Assembly: GCF_964188315.1 (NCBI RefSeq)
Contig: NC_135670.1
Location: 37,944,001 to 38,008,000 of the forward strand
Direction of reading: 5' to 3'
Origin: Podarcis muralis
Taxonomy: Eukaryota
Length of the DNA: 64,000 nt
The notes under the pieces are model-generated. The model was not told where the DNA came from. It did not search any database and worked only from the letters and a program-made list of their open reading frames with translations. The translations under genes were made by a program, and so were the position numbers. Positions 1 to 9,400 of the stretch are shown in pieces. Position 1 is the stretch's first letter. Each line of letters starts with the position of its first letter.

Positions 1-845
1 AACACCCCACAACAATGTCCTGGCTGCAAGGGTAATATTTTCCCTACACCCCTTTCCTTGGAACACATAATCCTCTTTCCACGCTGCCTTTCCCTGTGCC
101 AGTTAATGGAGAGGTCACTCTCCCGGGGAAAAGAGGCAATATCCCAAAAAACTGGATGGAGAGGAAGAAAAGCCCAGCCCTTCTTCCCTTGATAACCGAT
201 CCTCATTGGAAGGGTAAGATTTAATTCACATCATTTATCCTGGGCATCTAGGTTACTATTTCCATCACTCACCTTCTCCTTTGCAAGTCAGTGGAGTGAT
301 CTGCCCAACGCACCACAACCTTTGGGATACCAAAGCCATTTCTGGCAGGCTGAGATTTCCCCCACCTTAGTCTTTCCTGAGAGTGCATAATCTGTTTTCA
401 GCCTCCACCCCTGTCCCCACAATTCCTATTGTGTCCACCTCAAGTCCGCTCAGGCAGGAGAACCACTGCAGCAATCATTCTGAAAGATGACAGAACTTGT
501 TCCTTAGAGGAGGTGAGCATGCCTACAAATTGCTTCCAAATTATATCCGGTTGGACAAATTCAATGATGCACAAGAGAAAATAAATACATCTGCCATTGC
601 TACTATTCAAGTTGGAAATGTGGTAAACTGGACTTGCTTCACGAACATTAATTTAAGACTATGGTCGACACTCTTAGCAGAAATGGACTCGAGCTCTCAG
701 GTCCCCACTTCCCCGCCCCAGAAAAGAGCACATCAAATGCAGAAGCACAATAATTACTTATAAGGAAAGCCGATTGCACCAACAGCAAAATATGAATTCA
801 TTTAATATGGATGCATTATATTGTTAAATAAACACAATTCCTTAC

Positions 846-1063
846 ATCGGGTCATCAAAGAGTTTAGCAGAGGGACGTTCTTTGAATGTTATCTTGTTTA
901 TGAATGTATAGACCTGAGACATGATGCCAGCAATCATGAGGTCTCCTGTCTGATAATATTTGTGAAGAATGGGAAGAGGGTCACTGGTGGGGCACTGATC
1001 AAAAGGAATATTGCATGTAGTTAGAGGCAGCAGTATTAATAGTAAGATCACAAACACTAACAT
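846..1063 (-). CDS. Vmn2r: V2R gene F, coding exon 1 (signal peptide and start of Venus flytrap domain); the rest of the gene lies left of the window
   Basis: ATG at 1063, hydrophobic leader MLVFVILLLILLPLTTC, then [22 protein letters not shown]. Ends in a phase-2 donor CCGAT|GTAAG at 846. Closely resembles exon 1 of gene E (50254-50468). Confidence 0.85.
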
Positions 1064-1270
1064 CTTGCAGGAAAACGCTTTACTGCAAAGGACACTTCAT
1101 CTCTTTGTAATGCAAGAGTCCCTGCCTTAAATTAGTACTCCAGCAGCTGAGTTGAAGAAGGCAGAACTGAAGAATCAGTAACCAGATGAAAGAGCCTTGC
1201 ATTTCCATAGCCTTAGTTTACATTTTGAATGTGCCCACTTGAACTCTCCTGGGTTGGGGAAATATAGCTG

Positions 1271-1306
1271 TGATTATGATTAATTTGATAATTACAGGAG
1301 ACATAA
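1271..1306 (-). promoter_or_regulatory. Candidate V2R promoter element upstream of gene F
   Basis: TGATTATGATTAATTTGATAATTACAGGAGACATAA, versus TGATCATGATTACTTTGATAATTACAGGATACTTAA at 50805-50840. Confidence 0.55.
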
Positions 1307-1602
1307 CTTATGGCAGCTGTTGTTTATGACTCACTCATCATTGTTAAAGAAATCATGTCTCCCCCCCATAGCAAATGTCTTCTTTGATCCTGTTCAAAGT
1401 TATAGATAATCACAGGAGAGAGGGGAAAATAGAAGATTTGTACTCCCTCTCCCATGGAAATGGAAAAACTTTTGCTCTTTCCTCCATGTGTGATGGAGGT
1501 GGGCAAGGCTATATGTCAAATTAGAAGAGGCTTGGGGTGGTATTCAATATTCGTCCTACTCAGAGTAGATCCATTGGATTTAATGAGCATGACTAACATA
1601 GG

Positions 1603-2110
1603 CTACTTTGTTGGCAAAGTAGAGACGTCACCTTGCCAACAAAGGTCCATATAGTTAAAGCCATGGTTTTCCCAGTAGTGATGTATGGAAGTGAGAGCTG
1701 GACCATAAAGAAGGCTGATCGCCGAAGAATTGATGCTTTTGAATTATGGTGCTGGAGAAGACTCTTGAGAGTCCCATGGACTGCAAGAAGATCAAACGCA
1801 TCCATTCTTAAGGAAATCAACCCTGAGTGCTCACTGGAAGGACAGATCCTGAAGCTGAGGCTCCAGTACTTTGGCCACCTCATGAGAAGAGAAGACTCCC
1901 TGGAGAAGACACTGATGCTGGGAAAGATGGAAGGCACAAGGAGAAGGGGGCGACAGAGGACGAGATGGTTGGATAGTGTTTTCGAGGTTACCAGCATGAG
2001 TTTGACCAAACTGCGGGAGGTAGTGGAGGACAGAGGTGCCTGGCGTGCTCTGGTCCATGGGGTCACGAAGAGTCGGACACGACTAAACGACTAAACAACA
2101 ACAACAACAA
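1603..2110 (+). mobile_element. 5'-truncated RTE-BovB LINE (3' end of ORF) with (CAA)n tail
   Basis: ORF 1633-2094 (KAMVFPVVMYGSESWTIKKADRRRIDAFELWCWRRLLRVPWTARRSN...HGVTKSRTRLND) is the BovB C-terminus. (CAA)n tail ends near 2110. Target-site duplication AACATAGG at 1595-1602 and 2109-2116. Confidence 0.93.
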
Positions 2111-2174
2111 CATAGGTTAAATAATTCGGGATTTAGTTGAATGCAACCCTTGGTCTCCACCTTTTACAAGAGCA

Positions 2175-2400
2175 GGCCAGTCTTAGCCCAGCCTCTTCAG
2201 AGTAGGGTGCCTTGCATAAATCCAGTCAGTTGCAGTCGCTTTCTGGAAATGGCACCTTTTATGTATCTATGTATTTTGAGTTTATGTATATTGAGTGGTA
2301 AAAAGAAGATTTGCATAATATCTCGTAGTGTCCCTGTATAACCTTTAGAAGACATCTGTATAGGGAAACTTTTTAACATTGGATGTTTTATTATGTTTTC
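2175..2400. repeat. Unclassified ~220-bp segment repeated in direct orientation at ~14525-14740
   Basis: CCCAGCCTCTTCAGAGTAGGGTGCC...GGAAATGGCA...CCCTGTATAACCTTTA is alignable by eye at both sites. Confidence 0.7.
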
Positions 2401-2551
2401 ATATATGCTGGAAGCCACGCAAAGTGGCTTTTTCCTCAGAAAAAAGGTTAAGGGACTTTGTCCAAAGCCTTACTGAAATCAAGATACACTATGTCCACAG
2501 CATTCCCCTGATCCACCAAGCATGTAACTCCATAAAAAAAATATATATATA

Positions 2552-3487
2552 CAGTGGTACCCCGCAAGACGAACGCCTCGCGAGACGAAAAACTCGCAAA
2601 ACGAAAGGTTTTTTCGTTTTCGAGTTGACTCGCAAGACGAATTTCCCTATGGGCTTGCTTCGCAAAACGAAGCTTGCCCCGGGGACAGCGGGTCTTCTCT
2701 TTTGAAGCAAGGGGCGGCGGGGAGATCGCTTCTCCCCACCGCCCCTTGCTTCAAAAGAGGTCTGCCCCCGGACCTCTTTTGAAGCAAGGGGCTGCGGGGA
2801 GATCGCTTCTCCCGGTGCTCCGAAGCGGGGGGGGCGGGAACACCTGCCCCACCCGCCGGGCTTCTTAGCGCTGCTGCGAAGCCGGGCGGGGGGTGGGAAC
2901 ACCTGCCCCAGCCACCCCGCTTCGGAACGCTGCTCCGAAGCGGGTGGGGGGGGCGGGAACACTTGCCCCAGCCACCGGGCTTCGTAGCGCTGCTGCGAAG
3001 CCGGGCGGGGGGCGGGAACACCTGCCCCAGCCACCCCGCTTCGGAACGCTGCTCCGAAGCGGGGTGGGGGGGCGGGAACACCTTCTGAAGGCGGGCGGGG
3101 GGCGAAAGTCTTTGTCCCCCCTGCCTGCCTTCCCAGGGGCTTTTAAATCGCCCCGGACAGCGGAGAAGTCCTCCGCTGTCCCGGGGCGATTTTAAAATGC
3201 CGCCCGCCAGCATTTTAAGATCGCCCGGACAGCGGAGAAGTCCTCCGCTGTCCCAGGGTTTTTTAAAATGCTGGGGGTGGGAAGAAAAGCCCTTGTCCCC
3301 CCCCCCAGCCTTCAGAAGAGGTCCGGGGACAGTCTGTCCCTGGACCTGGTCTGAAGGCGGTTTCCCTAGGAACGCATTAATTGATTTTCAATGCATTCCT
3401 ATGGGAAACCGTGCATCGCAAGATGAAAAAACCGCAAGACGAAGAGACTTGCGGAACGAATTAATTTCGTCTTGCGAGGCACCACTG
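2552..3487. mobile_element. Non-autonomous Tc1/mariner-superfamily MITE with an internal GC-rich minisatellite
   Basis: TIRs CAGTGGTACCCCGCAAGACGAA and TTCGTCTTGCGAGGCACCACTG; TA duplicated at 2550-2551 and 3488-3489; subterminal CGCAAGACGAA repeats; no transposase. Confidence 0.9.
2836..3085. repeat. 59-60-bp tandem repeat (4.5 units) inside the MITE, with alternating hairpin variants
   Basis: GGGAACAC(C/T)TGCCCCA starts at 2836, 2895, 2955 and 3014, with a partial copy at 3074. The intervening segments alternate between two palindromic types. Confidence 0.9.
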
Positions 3488-3718
3488 TATTTTTGAGATA
3501 CCCATGCTGGGTCTTGGTAATCACAGCATGCTTTTTAAGAGGTCACAGACTGACGGTTGAATTATCTGTTCTAGGAGCCTTTCTGGTTTTGGATGCTGCT
3601 CATCAGGTCTTGGAGATCTGAATTTATTTAAAATTGTTAGCTGTTCCCTTACCTCCTCTTTTCCTATCTTGGGCTACATCTCCATCCTCATTTATTTTAA
3701 ATAAAAAAAATTGTCCAG

Positions 3719-3836
3719 TAGCACCTTAGAGACCAACTAAGCTTGTTCTGGGTATAAACTCTCGTGTGCATGCACACTTCTTCAGATACACAAAAGCTTA
3801 TACCCAGAACAAACTTAGTTGGTCTCTAAGGTGCTA
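3719..3836. mobile_element. Penelope-like element terminal-repeat (pLTR) fragment as an inverted fold-back, with a degenerate hammerhead-ribozyme motif on the minus strand
   Basis: Arms 3719-3757 and 3798-3836 are reverse complements (38/39). Minus strand 3790-3752 reads TGTAT CTGAAGA A GTGTG CATG CACAC GAGA GTTT ATAC. Family assignment is from recall of reptile Penelope ends. Confidence 0.7.
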
Positions 3837-3902
3837 ATGAACATTTTTATTTATTTATTTTGACTGCATCAGACCAACACAGTTACCTACCTGAATCTAG
3901 AA

Positions 3903-4745
3903 TCATTTATTCTCCTGGTTGGACACTGCTTTCCTTTTGGGTGAAGATAGAAGATAGTAGCGGGGACGCGGGTGGTGCTGTGGGTAAAAGCCTCAGCGCC
4001 TAGGGCTTGCCGATCGAAAGGTCGGCGGTTCGAATCCCCGCGGCAGGGTGCGCTCCTGTTGTTCGGTCCCAGCGCCTGCCAACCTAGCAGTTCGAAAGCA
4101 CCCCTGGGTGCAAGTAGATAAATAGGGACCGCTTACTGGCGGGAAGGTAAACGGCGTTTCCATGTGCGGCTCTGGCTCGCCGGATGCAGCTTGTCACGCT
4201 GGCCACGTGACCCGGAAGTGTCTCCGGACAGCGCTGGCCCCCGGCCTCTTGAGTGAGATGGGCGCACAACCCTAGAGAATGTCAAGACTGGCCCGTACGG
4301 GCAGGGGTACCTTTACCTTTTTAGAAGCAAAGTAGGCTTTGAGTAGTTCTGCCTTCTCTCTGTCACCTAATAGAATTTCTCATGTTCCTCACTTGTTTGT
4401 CCTTCCTCTTGCTTTGAACATAGTCAAATAACCCTTTTTTAAAAAAAATTCTTCTCTTCCTTATTCTGATCTTCATCTTACAACTGTTGGCTACTTGTGT
4501 ATGCTCCTCTTTTATCATTCCCCATTTCTTATACATGTTCTTCCTGACTCTCAGCTCATCTGTAAGCTCCTTATGCAGCCACATCGGTTTCCTTAGATGC
4601 CTCCCGCTTTTCTTTCTGGTTGGAATTGTCTGCCTTTGGGCCTTCAACATTTCTCATTTAGAAGCTCCCATCCCTATTGGGCTCCCTTCTATTCATTCCA
4701 GACTATGGGACCTCACCCAGTAGCTCCTTAAGCTACTGGGGCCTC
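3903..4745 (-). mobile_element. CR1 LINE ORF2 fragment, interrupted by a Sauria SINE
   Basis: ORF 4363-4650 (LKAQRQTIPTRKKSGRHLRKPMWLHKEL) is the CR1 endonuclease-RT linker. An uninterrupted mirror copy lies at ~63390-63848. Confidence 0.8.
3963..4320 (+). mobile_element. Sauria SINE, full length
   Basis: tRNA-like head with A box and GGTTCGAATCCC B box, conserved body, ACCTTTACCTTT tail; short TAGAAG duplication; absent from the paralogous CR1 at ~63790. Confidence 0.93.
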
Positions 4746-6484
4746 TATGCATACTTTCCACTTTGGATCCAAGACATGGGCGCGAGTCAAAATGCCGGGG
4801 GTGGAAATGGCGGCAGTATTGGCAGCGGCAGCAGCACTGCCCCTATCCTCTAGTGGGCTCTGGCAGCCACAGCTTCTTCAGGGCTGCCTTTCACCACCAG
4901 ACTGCAGCTCCACTCCCAGCTCAGACTTGAGCATGAGGTGGAATTAACAGAGAGAAGGAGGAGTAGGGGCAGTGGCCACCTCTCCTCCACTGGGCTCCAG
5001 CACTTGAGGAACTGTGAGGGCCGTAGCTTCCTTGGTGCTAGCCCAGTGGGAGGGAGGGAAAGAGCTGCCATTGAACAGCCCCCACCACTGCCAGAGGGGC
5101 AGAGAGCACCCAGAGCCCCTTTGCCTCCTGCTCCCCCTGTGCCAGCAGCCACTCATGGCCCACTCCTTTCCATGTGCTGCCGCCACCTTCCTGCTGAGCT
5201 CACAGTTCCCAGGGGCCATGCGCTCTGCACACCCCAGTGGTGCCAGTAAGCCACAAATATCCACTGGGGCTGGGAAAGGCGAAGCAAAGGGCTGTCTCCG
5301 CTTCCTCGCTCTGCCAACCTGGCAAATCAATGTTTTTCAGCTCCCTCTGTGCGCTTTGATTGGAGGAGAGTCTGGCTTCTCCCAGCAGCCACCACAGCAG
5401 CCTTCTTTCATTGCTAACCTTATTTAGACACTGAGAAGAGCAGAAAGTTGTGCTCCTCAATGGTGGCTGCCCAAAGGAGTACACACGGATCCCAGGACAT
5501 TCCTGGATCCAATCAGAGACCAGGCTGACTTCTTTGAATCTGGGATGCCCTGCTCACAAGAGAACAGTTGAGTGTTATGTTCTATGTATTCTGAGTTCTC
5601 CCTATGGCCTTCCTCCAGCTTATTCACTTCTATGTCTTCTTTAAAAGAAGTGGAATTAAGTGGAGGGATATTAGGTGGACCTAGGAGATCAGGGTTAAAA
5701 TCACCAATCAGCCATGAAGTTCACAGTGTGACCTTGAGCCAGCTGGCTGCCTTCGCCCTACTAGTTTTTATAAGCCAGTAGCGACAAGGGTCAAATACCA
5801 ATAGAACTCAAAACCCACAATTCCTCTTTGAACCAGCTTTCCAGTTTTCATTGAACTGGGAAGCTTCATTGGAACTCAGATTACTTGCTGAGGAACAACA
5901 CTGTGAAGACCTCAGGAGAACTTTTAACACCCTGCCAACCTTTAGTCTCCAAGTATAGCCTTTCCCTTAGGTGCTTCCATCAACAGGGACACCTTATGAT
6001 CTGCAAATCCAAGAGTGTTTGACCACTTAGCAATTGCTCAAAGAACACTCATATGAACCCTATGCTCTGTGGTTTAGACCCCAGTGCCACCTGCGTCCCT
6101 TATAAGGGACAAGCGCACTACTCAATAACAAATATGCATTATTATTTTGATATTACTATAAGTCACAGAGGTCAATGCTCTAAGGAGATAACTTAGTAAT
6201 TATCTCAAATTGCTGGGTTTCATCATCCATCTTGCCAAACCCCATGTACATTTTATCAGGCCATGAACACAATCAATGTCAGAGTGTGAAAGTGTATCTA
6301 AAATAAATCCTGTGTTATTCAGAGCCCAGATGAAAAATTCTGAACATGCAAGTTTTCACGGACCAAATCTTTGGCATTTTCCCTTTATCAAAATAATCTA
6401 GAGTCATTCAATAAAAGTTCCTGTAATGCAGTTTAAGGAAGATGGGGTAGAAATCTGACTTTCAGCATCCCTGTTGGCCCCAAG

Positions 6485-9400
6485 ATGGTAGGAACATTTC
6501 TGCTGCAGATTCTTCTCTTCCTGTGGCTGCAGTTGCCTCCAACTGAGAGCAAGGAACACTCTGCTAGATGCACCATGATGGAGCCGTTCCAGCTTCCATA
6601 CCAGAATTATCAGAGAGGGGACCTAGTCATTGGAGGAATTGTTTCTTATTTCGGCTTTGTATTTGAAGAAAAAGATTTCCATGAGCACCCAAACACAAAG
6701 CTTATAGATGAACTTTTGTAAGTAAAATTCTATCCTTCATAGTGCAAGCTTGGTGAGGTCATGTTGGCTACAATTACACAAAGAATACCACGGCATGCTC
6801 AGAACACATTTCCCTGTGATTTTTATCAAGGAGGGGTGTTAAACATATATTTTCTTCTTTTTACCTTGTGATCTTGTCACCTTCTTCTTTGTTGCTTTAT
6901 TCCGCTTCTTGGGGTTTCTATCTTCTGCCTGTTCTTCTTTCTCATCATCTGATCCCATGGCTCTCACCACTTTCTCCCAACTTCATCCTCATCCTCCCTC
7001 TGTGTTTGCTTTCACACCATTAACGCCCGGTTTTCCTTTGCAGCAAAGCTTGATTTTCATATTCACAATCACTATCATTTAATCTGACAGTTACAGTTGA
7101 ATGTGACATTTGAATATCATAGATTTTGGGTTATACCTGCTGCTATGCAATGTAAACCATATTGGGTAATAATACCAAGTCTCGCAACTGAGTTTTATGC
7201 AGATTAGACCCATTGAAATTAATACACCTAAGTTTGTCTGATCTATTAATCCTAATGGGCCTTCTCAGAGTATGACTAACATTGGCTACAGTATTTTTTG
7301 TACAGCCTCAATTTTATTTGAATGAGGGAAAGATGGAAATTCTGTTACTGTGAAAGAATAGATCCCATTCCATCTGATGTGCTCTGGTCTCTACTCCCCA
7401 CCTACACCAAACACTTACTATCTGAGAGGCACCAGTCAGAATTTCTGCACTGGGAACTTCTCATCCAGTGAGTGTCCATTGGTTGCTGAAAGGAAAAAAG
7501 GAGTTAAGGGAAGGATCACTTATGCAACTTATATAGGTGCATGTGAGCCAGGAAGTTACCTATGTGCTTAAGAGGGAGAGGGAGAGAATACCTCTGACAC
7601 ACAGTATAATTCTTTTATTAGTGGAGCACCAAAGTACTACCAGAATACTCTTTCCCTGGTGTTTGCTGTGAAAGAAATAAACAAGAACCCTAATATCATA
7701 CCGAATATGACCTTTGGGGTCCACGTCACTGATAGCTACTTAAATGCAAGGATGACTTATCAGAACACCCTGAAACATCTGTCCATCACAGAAAGAATTG
7801 TCCCCAACTTCAAATGTGACAAGAAAGGACAAAAGATAGCTGTTATTGGGGGACTTGACTCTGACATCTCCCTCCACATGGCTACTGTCTTAGGCATCTA
7901 CAAGATTCCACAGGTATAGTAAGACTGGGGGCTGTCAAGCTCTTCTGCCTCGGGTACAATAATTATCGTTTGGGTTCTCAAAGCTTTCTTTTATTTTGGT
8001 TCATTTTTCTGAAAAAGGAAATGTGAGAGGAAAATATATACCGTAACTGATACAAAAGTACCAGGGGGAGTTTTGCACTAGTGGCTGGAGGAGAGGGGCT
8101 TTGGTGCTTGCCTGACTCTGTCTCCCATGTGTCACTGGGAAGCAGCAGGGAGGTTGGAACTGGGCAAATGCAGCAGCAGGAGTCTTCCTCTTCCTCCCAG
8201 GAAGCTGCACAAGGCCAGTTGCAAGAGGTCAGAGAAACCCTGCTCCTCCTCCCCAACAACAGCTGCTGGAGATATGCGTAATGTTCTTGTGAAAACAACA
8301 TGCATCCATAAATGGAGTCGAGAAATTCTCATGAGTTTTTCTCTTCAAGCAGATACTTGGGATGAACCACAGCTGTTTGCTCTAACTCTCCAATTCTTGT
8401 GGGGTTGATTTCTCCCTCCAGATTGCTTACTGCGTATTAGCTCCAGTGAGAAGCCCAGAGTTGCAGCCCCAGACATTCTACCGAACGGTGCCCAATGAGA
8501 AATATCAATATGCAGGGATTGTCATGCTACTTCTACATTTCCAATGGACTTGGGTAGGAATTGTGGCATCCGATGATGAAAATGGAGAGACCTTTATGCA
8601 AAGCTTAGTGCCAATGCTTTCCCAGCATGGAGTCTGTACAGCTTTCAATGAAAAACTACCAGCCTTATCTCAGGGTCTAGATAATTTCAGTTTCTTGGAA
8701 CGCGTTCGGGCCAAGTCCTCTTTCCTGGTGGCTTCAGAATTCAACATATTGGTTCTGTGTGCAGAACCTGAGACCATTACAGTTGTGAAATGGTTGCAAT
8801 ATTTCTATTCATTAGCTGAAGATGTTGCAGGGAAGTCTACAGGCACCGTGTGGATTTTGACAGCCCAGTGGGCTTTCTCTTCAGAAACAATGCAAAGGTA
8901 TTACGATATACAAGTCTTTGATGGTGCCTTGTCTTTTGCAATTCACACAAAGAAAGTCCAGGGATTTAAAGACTTCCTTCAGACCCTGAACCCCAGCTCT
9001 CCAAATGGAGATGGGTTCCTCCAGGCTTTTTGGCAACAGGCATTCAACTGTATATTTTCTGCTTCTAATGGGCACAAGGAAAACACAAAGACCTGCACTG
9101 GCCATGAGAGTCTGGAGAGCCTTCCTGGGCATATTTTTGAGATGACCATGACTGGCCAAAGTTACAGTATCTATAATGCGGTTTATGCCATTGCACATTC
9201 TTTACATCAGATGCACTCATCCAGGCCAAAACGCAGAATGGTGGCAGGCAGAGGTGGGCTCGATCCTCCAGAACTGCAACATTGGCAGGTGAGATTTCCT
9301 ATTCAGAATAAACCTTTGCAAAGTTGAGCAAGAGAAATGAGAATTAAGAAAAATTAAGAATTTGTTTGAAAATACTAAGGTTTGTTTCTGTCCATGACTG

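Noticed and set aside
497-763. 88-aa ORF containing LLPNY, reminiscent of V2R exon 2
   Set aside because: Wrong strand for gene F, and the flanking motifs (FAVxEIN, C after NY, IGG) are absent.
2836-3085. Regularly spaced constant repeats with hairpin-forming spacers, superficially CRISPR-like
   Set aside because: The spacers are themselves repeated (ABAB), the array lies inside a TIR/TA-bounded MITE, the context is vertebrate, and there are no cas genes.
2489-3496. Long Pro/Gly/Arg-rich ORFs on both strands
   Set aside because: They are translations of the GC-rich minisatellite in the MITE; there is no transposase motif.
3963-4040. tRNA-like A and B boxes (also at 10667, 41813, 51525 and 52037)
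   Set aside because: These are SINE heads followed by SINE bodies and tails, not tRNA genes.
4747-5427. Several overlapping 66-137-aa ORFs, mirrored at 62693-63438
   Set aside because: GC-rich low-complexity sequence in a recent duplication. The copies differ by frame-shifting indels and show no protein motif.
7978-8408. Gln/Ser-rich ORFs repeated at ~17900-18160, ~36900-37150 and ~58400-58700
   Set aside because: They lie in intron 2 of the paralogues and their frames are not conserved between copies. Exon 2 splices in phase directly to exon 3 without them.
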